This document shows, in pieces, positions 41,875-53,013 of a DNA stretch of 64,000 bases. The stretch spans positions 448,001 to 512,000 of the forward strand of contig CAWBKB010000001.1 of the NCBI GenBank assembly GCA_963789265.1, read 5' to 3'. This DNA comes from an uncultured delta proteobacterium (GTDB lineage: Bacteria > Desulfobacterota > Desulfomonilia > Desulfomonilales > Desulfomonilaceae). The notes beneath the pieces are model-generated. The model did not search any database. It had not been told where the DNA came from and worked only from the letters and a program-made list of their open reading frames with translations. Each line of letters begins with the position of its first letter. Position 1 is the stretch's first letter. Both the position numbers and the translations under genes were made by a program.

Positions 41875-42083
41875 GAGAGTGTCTCAAAACTATTTTGATT
41901 AGCAGAATCGTGCCACGATTCAGGCTCATTCGTATAGTCGTCGCCCTCACCCCAACCCTCTCCCATAGGGAGAGGGAGCAGATCCAGGGCAGTTTTGCAC
42001 TTCCCTCGCCCTCTGGGAGAGGGACACAGGGTGAGGGATTCGTGCTACGATTCCGACCGCTTCATTGTTGTTGAGACAGTTTC
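41875..42083. mobile_element. 209-bp MITE copy 3
   Basis: GAGAGTGTCTCAAAAC...TTGAGACAGTTTC with ATCT duplication in ACGGGC-ATCT-TGCCCGT. Confidence 0.9.
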
Positions 42084-42217
42084 ATCTTGCCCGTCATCCC
42101 TAATAGACAGGCTGTCCCACGCCTCGCGGAAGTGTCTCACCATGCACTCCTCGCAAGACAAGGTGCGGAAGATCTCCTTCTCCGCTTTGCGGAGAAGCTT
42201 TCGGCAGGAAATACTTC

Positions 42218-42246
42218 TTGACAAATCATGCAACAAATTATATACA
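42218..42246 (+). promoter_or_regulatory. putative sigma70 promoter of the LysM gene
   Basis: TTGACA-17 nt-TATACA. Confidence 0.55.
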
Positions 42247-42308
42247 AAAATAGAGAGTTATTTGATTATGTTAAACTGTTTTATTAGGAATAGTCACGGA
42301 GGCCGTTA

Positions 42309-43388
42309 ATGTCAAAGAAAAATCGGTTATTCACAGTCTCGGCCGTTATACCGCTTGCCTTTGCCTGCCTCCTCCAAGGTGCCGCCGCGTTTGAGCTCTT
42401 CCCCAGGCCCGAAGGACAATACACGGTTCAGAGAGGCGATACACTCTACGATATCGCCGGCAACTACTACGGGAACCCGGCCCTTTGGCCGTTCTTGTGG
42501 AATCAAAATCCCGCGCTTCTCATTAAGGGGCCCAACCCGGGCAACCAATCGTTGACACCCGGCACAAGGGTAAATCTCTATGAAAAGAGATATCCGCATA
42601 CCTTGATGAACCAGAGCTACATGGCTCCTACAGGGTTACCGGAAGATGTGCGCTTTCTGATCGCCAAAGTTCCGTACCAGGGAATTCCTTACGACAAGAG
42701 ATATTTCAGGTTCAAGTTGACCTTGCGCCCAACTCAGCTTTGGGGCTACATTGTTAGTTCTCCGGACCGGGGCAAGGAGCATTTTCTCGAAAGAGATCTT
42801 GTTTACATTAGGTTCCGTCCCTCGAAGAAACAGGCTATCTTGGTAGGGGATCGTTTCGGTATCTACCGGGACAGGGGTCCCATAAATCATCCGCTGAATC
42901 CCGATCGCCCCATTGGCTTTGCCAGTGAAATAATTGGTGAGATTGAGATTACAAGCACAGGTCATAATCTTGCGACAGCTATCATACTGGACAGCTACGT
43001 GGAAATCTCAAGAGGTGACAAGATCTGCCCCTTCACTCCCAGGACCCGGGAAATCGTGCCTTCCAAGACGCACGAGATGCTGACTGGAACAATTCTGGCC
43101 AATGCAACCGGGGAGAATTTCCTCTACGAGCAAATCAGCCTCGAGAACGACATAGTGTTCATTGACAGGGGCGAATGCAATGGGATGAGGGAAGGGATGT
43201 TGGTCAACATATACCGGCCCACACATCCTGTGACAGACCCTTACTTTCATCGCTGGCTCCCGATCCCGGACAAATATATTGGAGAGGGAATGGTTCTGAA
43301 GGCCTTTGAGAAAAATTCCACACTCCTGATAACCAGGTCACACGAGGAAATTGAGCCCGGCGACATTATCAAGAGTGTGTCCGATTAG
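42309..43388 (+). CDS. LysM peptidoglycan-binding exported protein
   Basis: signal peptide; YTVQRGDTLYDIAGNYYGNPALWP; conserved position upstream of dprA. Confidence 0.9.
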   Translation: MSKKNRLFTVSAVIPLAFACLLQGAAAFELFPRPEGQYTVQRGDTLYDIAGNYYGNPALWPFLWNQNPALLIKGPNPGNQSLTPGTRVNLYEKRYPHTLMNQSYMAPTGLPEDVRFLIAKVPYQGIPYDKRYFRFKLTLRPTQLWGYIVSSPDRGKEHFLERDLVYIRFRPSKKQAILVGDRFGIYRDRGPINHPLNPDRPIGFASEIIGEIEITSTGHNLATAIILDSYVEISRGDKICPFTPRTREIVPSKTHEMLTGTILANATGENFLYEQISLENDIVFIDRGECNGMREGMLVNIYRPTHPVTDPYFHRWLPIPDKYIGEGMVLKAFEKNSTLLITRSHEEIEPGDIIKSVSD

Positions 43389-43544
43389 TGCCTGTTGTTT
43401 GTAGGACGCGTATGTCATTCCCGGTGAGGACAACGCCCTGACAAGCAAAGTCCTTGACACTTCCGATTCTTGTGCTCTAACTTACTTCGGTTCAGTTACC
43501 CGTTTAAAAGCCTATTCCAGTAACGAGACCTCTCTCGATTCATC

Positions 43545-44699
43545 GTGGAGCCGGGTTATGGGCTCCAACGGCTAAATTGCATGCCGATAGAAGACGCCTG
43601 CATATTAGACTGGTTGACCCTGGAGAGAATTCCCCGAGTCGGTCCGTTGACCATAGCTCGATTGTACGATGCTTTTGGCAGCCCTCGGGCGGCCCTGGAG
43701 GCGGACAGTCGTGAAATCCGGCACAGGTCCGGTTTAAGTGAGAAACTCGCGGATGCAATTGCCCGCTTTGAGCCACCTCGAGACGAGATTCTCCGGGACA
43801 TGGAGATCCTTCAGAAGCTGGGTGCTCGAGTGGTCTCGCGTTGGGATCCTGAATATCCTTCAAATCTGAAGGAGATTTATGATCCGCCCGCGCTGCTGTT
43901 CGTGAGAGGCGAGATTATGCCCGGGGACAGTCGGGCTGTGGCAGTGGTAGGCTCCAGGAACCCGACCCGCTACGGCTTGGACATGACTGAACAAATCAGC
44001 CGTGATCTCATCCGTGAGGGGATTACTCTTATCAGCGGTCTTGCCCGGGGAATCGACACCGCTTGTCACCGGGCTGCCCTCAAAGGAGGCGGCAGGACTG
44101 TCGGCGTGCTCGGATGTGGATTGGATGTGCATTATCCGAGGGAGAATAAAGATCTAATCGAGGAAATGACGACGACCGGCGCCGTAATTAGTGAATTTCG
44201 GCCGGGGATGGCGCCTCTTGCGACGAATTTTTATCGCCGAAACAGGATCGTGTCCGGCCTCGCTAAAGGAATCCTGGTTGTGGAAGCGACACTAAACAGC
44301 GGTTCGCTTATCACGGCTGCGCATGCTCTGGATCAGAATCGTGATGTGTTCGCGGTCCCGGGTAACGTGATGAACAAACGGTCGTCTGGTCCGCATCATC
44401 TATTAAAGCAGGGGGCCGGACTGGTGGAATCCGCGGATGACATCCTACAGGCGCTTTTCACGCCAATGGAGGCCAAGCCTCAGCCATCTCTCTTCGAAGC
44501 CGTCGAAGAGGGCGAAAACCTTTCCGATTCCGCTCGGGCAGTGCTTGAAGCCCTGGATCCGGATCCCGTTCCGATAGATCTCTTGTGCGAAACGTTGAAA
44601 ATTGACGCGGGCGTGCTGTCGGGAGCCCTGGTGGAATTGGAACTGAACGGATTAGTTCGCCAGCATCCGGGAAAAATGTTCGCCCGGGTTTTGCGTTGA
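43545..44699 (+). CDS. dprA: DNA-processing protein DprA
   Basis: DPPALLFVRG, VAVVGSR, ISGLARGIDT, RRNRIVSG, SGSLITA, VFAVPG, C-terminal winged helix. Confidence 0.96.
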   Translation: MEPGYGLQRLNCMPIEDACILDWLTLERIPRVGPLTIARLYDAFGSPRAALEADSREIRHRSGLSEKLADAIARFEPPRDEILRDMEILQKLGARVVSRWDPEYPSNLKEIYDPPALLFVRGEIMPGDSRAVAVVGSRNPTRYGLDMTEQISRDLIREGITLISGLARGIDTACHRAALKGGGRTVGVLGCGLDVHYPRENKDLIEEMTTTGAVISEFRPGMAPLATNFYRRNRIVSGLAKGILVVEATLNSGSLITAAHALDQNRDVFAVPGNVMNKRSSGPHHLLKQGAGLVESADDILQALFTPMEAKPQPSLFEAVEEGENLSDSARAVLEALDPDPVPIDLLCETLKIDAGVLSGALVELELNGLVRQHPGKMFARVLR

Positions 44700-44720
44700 G
44701 CTACCGGGGATTTTTCAATG

Positions 44721-44840
44721 TATGCATTCAGTTACAGCGGGGATTTGCGGGTGGCTTCGTGGGGTGGGCTTTCCAGCCCGCCATTGAACAGGGGTTTCCT
44801 CGGCAGGCTTTCCAACCTGCCCCACGAGACTGAATGGTTA
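44721..44840. repeat. ~120-bp REP-doublet element; uninterrupted homolog of 62575-62911
   Basis: aligns in reverse orientation to 62575-62911 once MITE copy 6 is removed. Confidence 0.75.
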
Positions 44841-45050
44841 TTTTTCAATAACGCTCGTCCTTGACTTTTCTTGGATCTGTTTCAATTTAGAAGCAATCGC
44901 CCCACAAGGTGGAGGGAGTGCAATAGCATCATACGTTGCGAAAGGTCTTTTGGCTTAAGATGGCGGAAACGAACATCGACGGCTGCGGCCTTCTCAAAGC
45001 GTGAAGCAATATGCAATTCAAACTTCGAGGATCAGGAAGGAACACAGTTT

Positions 45051-47307
45051 ATGGATAAAACGCTGGTAGTGGTCGAATCACCGGCCAAAGCAAAAACCAT
45101 CAAGAAGTACCTGGGCGCGGGTTATGAGGTGAAAGCGTCAGTAGGGCATATAAAGGACCTCCCGCAAAAGGAACTGGGTGTCAGGGTGGATGAAGGATTC
45201 GCCCCGGAATATCAGATCATAACTGGAAAGGAGAAACTGATCAAGGAATTGAGCGCGGCCGCGCAAAAGGCTGCGAGAGTCTTCCTGGCCACAGACCCGG
45301 ATAGGGAAGGGGAAGCGATTGCCTGGCATCTTCGTGAGGAGCTGAAGAAGCCTGCTCAGAGCGTTTTCCGTGTTCTATTCAATGAGTTGACCGAGAAAAC
45401 GATCAAAGAGGCGATAGCTCATCCTTCAAGGCTTGACGAGAAACAAATACAACGCGCAACAGGCCCGTCGCATACTGGACAGAATCGTCGGGTATCAGAT
45501 CAGCCCTCTTTTGTGGGACAAAGTTCAGTACGGATTGAGCGCGGGACGGGTCCAATCCGTCGCACTCAGACTTATCGTCGATCGCCAAAAAGAGATCGAG
45601 ACGTTTGTCCCTCAAGAATACTGGACGATTACCGCCACTCTCTCCGCCGACTCTCCACCCGCATTCGAAGCCAAACTGATCGAGGATGACGGCGAGAAGA
45701 TCGAGATCTTGAACGCGACCGCAGCCGCTCGGTTGGCAGCCCGTGCGAGAGAGCACCCCTTTCAGGTTGTTGACGTAAAACACCGTGAGCGAAGTCGTAA
45801 GCCTGCGCCCCCGTTTATCACTTCCACCCTCCAGCAGGAAGGGTCTCGCAAGCTGAGAATGACAAGCAGCCGCACAATGCGGATCGCTCAGCAGCTCTAC
45901 GAGGGTATCGAGCTTGGCGACGCAGGCGCGGTGGGCCTTATAACCTACATGAGGACCGATTCTCCCAGGATTGCTCCGGAAGCCTTGACCGCAGTGAGAA
46001 GCTATATCCGGAGCAAGTACGGGCCCGAGTACCTTCCTGAACGGCCGCACACGTACAAAGGGAGAAAGACCGCCCAGGAAGCGCACGAGGCGATTCGTCC
46101 GACTTCGATGGATCTTCCGCCTGAAAAGGTCGCACGATTTCTGGACAAAGCCCAGATGGCTCTTTACACATTGATATGGAATCGATTCGTGGCAAGCCAA
46201 ACAGCCGCGGCCGTCTTCGACATGACTACGGCCAATATAAAGTCCGGTGAGCTTATCTTCCGGGTAACAGGATCCGTTATGAAGTTCGACGGATTCATAA
46301 AGATTTATTCGCAGGACAAGGATGAGGAAACGGCCCGGGATGACGGTGAAAAAGAGGATGCCGGTCGCCTGCTTCCTCCTTTGAAACCGGGAGACAATCT
46401 GGTGATGGAGAAACTCCTGCCGCGTCAGCACTTCACTCAGCCGCCGTCGGCCTTCAACGAAGCCTCACTTATCAAGGAGCTTGAAGAGCAGGGCATCGGC
46501 CGTCCTTCTACCTATGCGGAGACTGTCAGCACCATCCAAAAGCGAAAATACGTGGAACTGCAAGATAAGAAGTTTCGACCGACTCTTCTCGGCCGTATCA
46601 TAGCGGGTCTTCTAAAGGATAGTTTCCCCAAGCTGCTCAACACTCGTTTCACTGCTGAAATGGAGTCCTTTTTGGACTTGGTCGAAGAGGGAAAAGCATC
46701 CTGGACTGAGACCCTGCAAGATTTTTACGGGCCTTTTCAGTCAGCTTTGCAGAAGGCCAAGGAGAGCATGAAGAATGTCAAGCGTGAAGGGATTCCGACC
46801 CAGGCCGCGTGTCCGGAGTGCGGCTCACCACTCTTGGTCCGATCCGGGCGATACGGCTTGTTTATAGGTTGTTCCGCTTATCCGGCGTGCGCTTACACTC
46901 AAAAGATAGCTGAAGACACAGTGCCAAGTGCCGAACCCATCCCCACCGATCAAAAGTGTCCACAATGCGGTGCGCCCATGGTCATCCGCTCGGGTCGTAC
47001 GGGCCAGTTCCTGTCTTGTTCACGCTATCCCGAGTGCAGGGCCGCGGGCCCTTTGACAACTGGAGTGGCGTGTCCCAAATGCGGGATTGGAGAGCTTGCC
47101 CGGCGCCGAACAAAGAAAGGAAAAACGTTCTATTCGTGCAGCCGCTATCCCGAGTGCGATTACTCGCTATGGAACAAGCCGGTAAGCGTCGCTTGCCCTA
47201 ATCCCGAATGCGACTCCACGATCATGGAAGAACGTGCCGCAGAGAACCAACAAGTCTTTCTCCAGTGCCCGAAGTGCAAAACCAAACTCGCAAATGAGGC
47301 AGCTTAG
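45051..47307 (+). CDS. topA: DNA topoisomerase I (+1 indel near 45441)
   Basis: LVVVESPAKAKTI, ATDPDREGEAIAWH, SAGRVQS, LITYMRTDS, GIGRPSTYA, C-terminal zinc ribbons. Confidence 0.97.
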
Positions 47308-47687
47308 ATTAAGGTGCATGCGGGCCTAACCCAGAAAAAAACCCCCAAAATCGTTAGGAGGATAATTGGGGGTATGTAGGGATATGCAACGGGTCGCCGA
47401 CTTCACATCGGCTTTCCCCTTCCCTTTACCCGGCAGCGATGAGCATGTGGCAATCAGCCAGTGTGTTAAGCTTCTGCCTGAAGCGTTCCCATTCATGTGA
47501 ATTTTTCCCCGCCAGAACCGAAAAGAGCCGGAGAGAATGAGAGCTCCCTTGTCTGCCGGAACGGACTCCGGAAGTTCTAGGCGAAGATTTCACCAAAACC
47601 CACCGCTTGATTTCAGATAGGGCTCCTGGTGACACGACGTCCCATCATGTATACTCGAGGAACGGAAAGCTTGTTGGTGTGACACTT

Positions 47688-49253
47688 ATGATCAATAAAG
47701 AGCAGAATGTCTTGATGAGCGGAAATGACGGGCCCAAAGGCCGGCCGACCAGTGGGTTGAAAGTTCTTTTGGTCGGGGATCGTGACTCGATGGAGGAAAG
47801 CGAGGACTTTCTGAATTCACTGACCGCCATCGGGCACCGGATCAGTGCATTGGATACAATTACCCTCTTCGACGGCAAGACTTCCCGCCGGAAGGGCACG
47901 AGTTCTGATGATGCTCTGTTTGAAGATGTAAGACAGCGCTTGGAGAACGATGCTCCGGACATTGTCATCCTGACGACCGACGACCAAAATCTGCGTAGCG
48001 GAATCATGAGCCTGGTTAAGCCTCAGACAAGATTTCTCGACCCATTTGTTCTGAAGATGACCAAGGGGCTCAAAGATGTCACCGGTCAACTGGCTTCGAC
48101 TCGTACGAGACTCCAGAGTGTTGAATTAATGAAAAAGGTGCTCATGTCCGGCCCGGAAACGAGCATAATGGTCGTGGACGAGGATCTGAAAATTGTCGAG
48201 ATCAACAATGCCATTTTGGAACGAACGAAAATGTCGGAGCAGGCTTGCGTCGGCAGACCATGCCACTGGGTAATAAGGAAGGAGATGGAACCCTGTTACA
48301 GCCGAGGGGAAAAATGTGTGGTCAGGGAGGTTTTAAAAACAGGGCGGGCTGTGCACACTGTCAGGGAAGAACGGCGACACGATGGATCGTTCAGATATTT
48401 CACGATCAGTTCATATCCCCTGCCGAAAGATGAGGAGGGGAAAAAGAATGTGATGATCGTTTGGAAGAATGTTTCCGAACAGATGGCGCCGGTACTCAGC
48501 CGGCAAGCGCGAAGTATTCGTCAGCGGTTTATTCATACGCTCCAGGAGGACAAGATGGCCGCTCTTGGAAAGCTCGCTTCCGCTGCGGTGCATGAGATCA
48601 ACAATCCTATTCAGGGAATCTTGACGTTTGCCAAGCTCATGAGACAATCCTTTGACAAGAAATCGTTGACTCCGGAGGAAATGAAGCGGTTCGGTTCCTA
48701 TTTGGACTTGATATCGGTCGAATCGAATCGATGCGGAAAGATTCTCCAGGGGCTGCTTGCCTTTTCACGCAAGAGGGACCTCAAGAAATCCGCAGTGGAC
48801 CTGACGAAGGTTTTTCAAGACCTGGTCCTACTCTTGCGAAATCAAATGAAACTTCACGGGATTAGTTTATGTATCGAAAAACCTGACATTATGCCGATAG
48901 TCTATTGTGACGGCGACTTGATAAAACAAGCTCTACTCAACCTCCTTCTTAACTCTGTAGAAGCTATCCCGGACGGAGGGCTCATAGTCATGTCAGCCGA
49001 TGCACATCCCGACGGGATGCGGCTGATAATAAGAATCCAAGATACAGGACCGGGAATCCCGAAGAACGTTCAAAGCAACATATTCGAGCCGTTTTTCACC
49101 ACCAAGAAAGATGGGAAGGGTACCGGCCTCGGCCTGAGCATCGTTTACGGCATTATGCTCCAGCACGATGGCGCAATCGGAGTGGAAAGCGAGGAAGGCG
49201 AGGGCACTACCTTTGTCGTTACCCTGCCGATCGGTCAAGAATCGAAAGAATGA
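47688..49253 (+). CDS. PAS sensor histidine kinase (start uncertain)
   Basis: Cys-rich PAS domain, VHEINNP, DTGPGIP, FFTTK..GTGLGLS. Confidence 0.9.
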   Translation: MINKEQNVLMSGNDGPKGRPTSGLKVLLVGDRDSMEESEDFLNSLTAIGHRISALDTITLFDGKTSRRKGTSSDDALFEDVRQRLENDAPDIVILTTDDQNLRSGIMSLVKPQTRFLDPFVLKMTKGLKDVTGQLASTRTRLQSVELMKKVLMSGPETSIMVVDEDLKIVEINNAILERTKMSEQACVGRPCHWVIRKEMEPCYSRGEKCVVREVLKTGRAVHTVREERRHDGSFRYFTISSYPLPKDEEGKKNVMIVWKNVSEQMAPVLSRQARSIRQRFIHTLQEDKMAALGKLASAAVHEINNPIQGILTFAKLMRQSFDKKSLTPEEMKRFGSYLDLISVESNRCGKILQGLLAFSRKRDLKKSAVDLTKVFQDLVLLLRNQMKLHGISLCIEKPDIMPIVYCDGDLIKQALLNLLLNSVEAIPDGGLIVMSADAHPDGMRLIIRIQDTGPGIPKNVQSNIFEPFFTTKKDGKGTGLGLSIVYGIMLQHDGAIGVESEEGEGTTFVVTLPIGQESKE

Positions 49254-51352
49254 GAGCCGCCGTGAACGCTTTCAAAACCTTACCTGGAATGCGCTATCCC
49301 ATGGGGGCGAGTTGGAGAGCGCAAGGAACTAACTTTTCAATCTTCAGTCGTTACGCGACTTCCGTTGAACTGCTGCTTTACGAGCACGCGGACAGCCCAA
49401 GCCCATTTCAAGCGATCGAGCTAGACCCATACGTGAATAGGACGTTCTTCTTTTGGCACTTGATGGTTGTTGAGCTGCCGCCGGGAACTCATTACACATG
49501 GAGAGTGGACGGGCCCAACGATCCACATGGCTCGGGCTTGATTTTCGACAGACGCCGAGAACTCCTCGACCCCTGGGCTCGCGCAGTGACAACAAGATTG
49601 TGGAATCGCCGAAGGGCGTGTCTCCGCGATGCCGACGAATGGCCAAGCATGCGTGCCATGGTTATCGACGAAGGGTACGACTGGCAGGGAGACCAACCTA
49701 TCAATCATCCTCTTGAGAACACGATAATTTACGAGCTGCATGTAGGAGGATTCACGAGGAGCCCTTCGGCCGGGGTGAGGTATCCGGGAACATTCGCCGG
49801 CGTCATCGAAAAGATCCCATATCTTAAGGCCCTCGGGGTAACCGATGTGGAGCTGCTGCCGGTAATGGCTTTCGACGAGCAAGATGTTCCGGAGAAGGTT
49901 GCTGACCTAGGTCTGACGAATTTTTGGGGATATAGTACACACAGCTTCTTTTGCCCCCATCCGGGATACTGCGTTTCCCCCGAGAAAGGCACGCATCTTA
50001 ATGAATTCCGTGACATGGTGAAAGCCCTCCACCGGGCGAACATCGGGGTCATTATGGATGTGGTGTTCAATCACACCGCAGAAGGCGGCGAATCCGGGCC
50101 CACGATCAATTTCAAAGGGATCGCCAATGGAACTTTCTATCACCTCGAACCTCAGGATCGAAGCGTCTACCGCGACTTTACCGGAACTGGAAACACCGTC
50201 AACTGCAACCATCCGCTTGCTACGGCATTCATACTGGAGTGTCTGGAGTTTTGGGTCCGGGAGATGCATGTTGATGGCTTCAGGTTTGACCTCGCAAGCG
50301 CATTGGCTCGAGGGGAGGACGGCAATCCCCTCTACCACGCGCCGCTTCTATGGCGCATCGAATTCTCGGATGAGCTGATTGAGGCGAAAGTAATTGCCGA
50401 AGCCTGGGACGCGGCGGGTCTTTACCAGGTAGGTGCTTTTCCCGGATTTCGATGGGCCGAGTGGAACGGTCACTACCGGGATGTGATACGGCGATTTGTC
50501 CGTGGGGACAGGGGGGTGGTTGGCGAAGTCGCGACTCGAATCAGCGGCAGCAGTGACCTGTACGAAGATGACGGACGATTGCCGAGCAACAGCATCAACT
50601 TTATCACGTGTCACGACGGTTTCACTTTGCACGATCTGGTTACCTACAGCCAAAAACATAACGAGGCGAACGGCGAGGACAACAAAGACGGCACAGATAA
50701 CGATTTGAGCTGGAACTGCGGGTTTGAAGGTGAAACCGAGGACGAACAAATCCTCGAACTGCGAAAGCGCCAGGCCAAGAATTTTATTGCTATCCTGTTG
50801 CTTAGCCAAGGAGTTCCCATGTTACTTGCCGGTGATGAGGTTTTAAGAACTCAACGCGGCAACAATAACGCGTATTGCCAAGACAAGTCAGTAGGGTGGT
50901 TCGATTGGACCCTGTTGGAAAGACACCGAGACATGTTCCGGTTTGTGAGCGGAATGATCGCGTTTCGGAAACGTCACCCGTGCCTTATGAGGGATAGGTT
51001 TCTTACCGGGGAAAAGACAGCCGATCGGAATATTCCGGACGTGATCTGGCACGGAGCAAAACTCAACCGGCCGCCGTGGAAAGATGGGGATACCCGAGTC
51101 CTCGGTTTCACTCTTGCGGCAGTTGCTCCCGGAGAAGAAGATGTTCACGTAATGATGAACATGTCCCCAGAGAACATATTAGTTGAACTGCCCAAGGTTG
51201 ACGGGCAAGGATGGTTCCTGGCCGTCGATACGGCAGTTCCGCCTCCGGCCGACGTTTCGGCACCATCAGAACAGTTGCCTGTCAAGAAGAGTGAATATCT
51301 CGTACGCGAACGAAGCGTCGTGGTATTCGAGGGGAGGCCTATTGTGAACTGA
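49250..51352 (+). CDS. glgX: glycogen debranching enzyme (isoamylase, GH13)
   Basis: IYELHVGGFT, VELLPV, DVVFNHT, DGFRFDLA, IAEAWD, CHDGFTL, GNNNAYCQD. Confidence 0.96.
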   Translation: MRAAVNAFKTLPGMRYPMGASWRAQGTNFSIFSRYATSVELLLYEHADSPSPFQAIELDPYVNRTFFFWHLMVVELPPGTHYTWRVDGPNDPHGSGLIFDRRRELLDPWARAVTTRLWNRRRACLRDADEWPSMRAMVIDEGYDWQGDQPINHPLENTIIYELHVGGFTRSPSAGVRYPGTFAGVIEKIPYLKALGVTDVELLPVMAFDEQDVPEKVADLGLTNFWGYSTHSFFCPHPGYCVSPEKGTHLNEFRDMVKALHRANIGVIMDVVFNHTAEGGESGPTINFKGIANGTFYHLEPQDRSVYRDFTGTGNTVNCNHPLATAFILECLEFWVREMHVDGFRFDLASALARGEDGNPLYHAPLLWRIEFSDELIEAKVIAEAWDAAGLYQVGAFPGFRWAEWNGHYRDVIRRFVRGDRGVVGEVATRISGSSDLYEDDGRLPSNSINFITCHDGFTLHDLVTYSQKHNEANGEDNKDGTDNDLSWNCGFEGETEDEQILELRKRQAKNFIAILLLSQGVPMLLAGDEVLRTQRGNNNAYCQDKSVGWFDWTLLERHRDMFRFVSGMIAFRKRHPCLMRDRFLTGEKTADRNIPDVIWHGAKLNRPPWKDGDTRVLGFTLAAVAPGEEDVHVMMNMSPENILVELPKVDGQGWFLAVDTAVPPPADVSAPSEQLPVKKSEYLVRERSVVVFEGRPIVN

Positions 51353-51400
51353 AATGTCGTCGGCTGCATGGCGGCTTCCGCCGGCTTAGGGGAGGTTACA

Positions 51401-51685
51401 GTGAAACTGGGCTTCGAATGGGACGAAGAGAAAGCCACAGAGAACTATCATAAGCACAAGGTCAGTTTCGAAGAAGGTGTCACGGTTTTCAGCGACCCGC
51501 TTTCCTTAACCATGGAGGACCCGGACCATTCAAGAGACGAACAACGTTACTTAGACGTCGGAACTTCGGAGGAAGGTCACGTTCTGGTGGTAAGCTACAC
51601 TGAACGGGACGGGCACATACGGGTTATCAGTTGCCGTAAGGCTTCGCGAAAAGAACGGAGACACTATGAAGAAAGTAACAACTAA
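51401..51685 (+). CDS. BrnT-family type II toxin
   Basis: FEWDEEKATENYHKHKVSFEE..F.DP, HSRDEQRY, IRVISCRKA. Confidence 0.9.
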   Translation: MKLGFEWDEEKATENYHKHKVSFEEGVTVFSDPLSLTMEDPDHSRDEQRYLDVGTSEEGHVLVVSYTERDGHIRVISCRKASRKERRHYEESNN

Positions 51686-51974
51686 AACGAGCCGACGAAA
51701 TGACACCGGTATGCGGGCCGAATATGACTTCACTCGTGGAACGAGCGGCAAGCATTATCGAGCCATGCAAGCCGGTTATAAAATAACAATCCATCAGGCG
51801 GACGGCACGGCAATAGTGAAAGAAGTGCAACCCAAAGAGGGTGTCATAGTCTTGGCACCGGATGTGAGGAAGTACTTCCCGGATTCGGAATCCGTGAACG
51901 AAGCCTTACGTTCGTTGATCAAGCTCATTCCCGAGAAACGTCGTCCGACTACGAAAGAAGCGGAGGGAAATTAG
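51666..51974 (+). CDS. putative cognate antitoxin (BrnA-like)
   Basis: overlaps the toxin gene; MRAEYDF..GKHY, LAPDVRKYFPDSESVNEALRSLI. Confidence 0.8.
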   Translation: MKKVTTKTSRRNDTGMRAEYDFTRGTSGKHYRAMQAGYKITIHQADGTAIVKEVQPKEGVIVLAPDVRKYFPDSESVNEALRSLIKLIPEKRRPTTKEAEGN

Positions 51975-52254
51975 GCAACAGTTAGAATCGCACTTATCGG
52001 CCTGGATTGTCGAACAGCAAGGAGGCCACGGTCATCACGCTTCAAAATGCAACGACAACTCACTGTCCGTTAGTTCGTTGGTCAAGAGTCCAGATGAGAA
52101 CTCGACCATAAGTTGGAAAACGCTCGACGGGCTGCTCCAAAGGAGGAAAAGCCGGGGCAAGAGAAACCCAAGCGGGCAATTAAGCTGTAATAGTGAAGCA
52201 CAGAGTGCCCCCTGAACCTCATGTTTTGTCAGTCCATAGGTCCCCGTTCATAAA

Positions 52255-52662
52255 TCAGCGAGCCCTCTTTGCATGCGCTAAAGCAGGCGGTGCCGGAGGT
52301 ATGTCGGTCCAGCTAACCGATGCAAACGGATTAGGGGCTGTAGACGCAGTTGCCGGAGTCGTCGAGGAATGCACCTTCGGTTTGGGCTTATTGATGAAAT
52401 TGTAAACGTAGGACTCCGCTTTGTCGACGGGGTAAGTCAGCATTTTTCCAAGAATCCAGAACACATACATTTGTTCCCGCGGGGTGGGCGGAGGCGGCAT
52501 GGTCGGATCCACGACGGATTGGTCGTGCTGCGGGACATAAGTCGCCTGCTGATAGCCGGGCTTGACTGTGATGAGGTTCTTGTGGGCCTCGTCCGCTTGG
52601 GCCAAGCAGATAGGAACGATCAAGAGCAAACCTAAGAGAACAAGGGACAAAGTCGTGCGCAT
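52255..52662 (-). CDS. exported Pro-rich hypothetical protein
   Basis: AGGAGG RBS, signal peptide, Pro-rich tracts. Confidence 0.7.
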   Translation of the reverse strand: MRTTLSLVLLGLLLIVPICLAQADEAHKNLITVKPGYQQATYVPQHDQSVVDPTMPPPPTPREQMYVFWILGKMLTYPVDKAESYVYNFINKPKPKVHSSTTPATASTAPNPFASVSWTDIPPAPPALAHAKRAR

Positions 52663-52818
52663 GGGACCTCCTCGACTTCCAAATTACGTGCCCCCTTTAT
52701 CACATCTTTTTGAAAAAACCAGATCTTTTTGGGGAATGAGGTAGAATTGTCGAGAACGGCCTAGAGGGAGGCTAGCTAATTCCATATCGCGTTCAACCAA
52801 GTGACCACTCTTTTTTTG

Positions 52819-52847
52819 GTAGGGGCAGGTTTCAAACCTGCCCCTAC
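52819..52847. repeat. GTAG REP-like palindrome
   Basis: GTAGGGGCAGGTTTCAAACCTGCCCCTAC. Confidence 0.75.
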
Positions 52848-53013
52848 TTGCCGTAAAGCCGGCCTACACGAGCATCCAGCAGAACCGGCCTGCGCGCAGA
52901 ACACGGATCGTTCGCGAATCGCCGACCGTGACACCGGCAAATTGACACAACGGAGCATTGCGCATGGCTAGATCGGCACACCGAGGAACGATCCCACAGA
53001 CAAGGTGCCATGC

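Noticed and set aside
561..47307. Calling rplT, pheT and topA pseudogenes
   Set aside because: Essential genes with otherwise fully conserved sequence; single-base indels fit sequencing error
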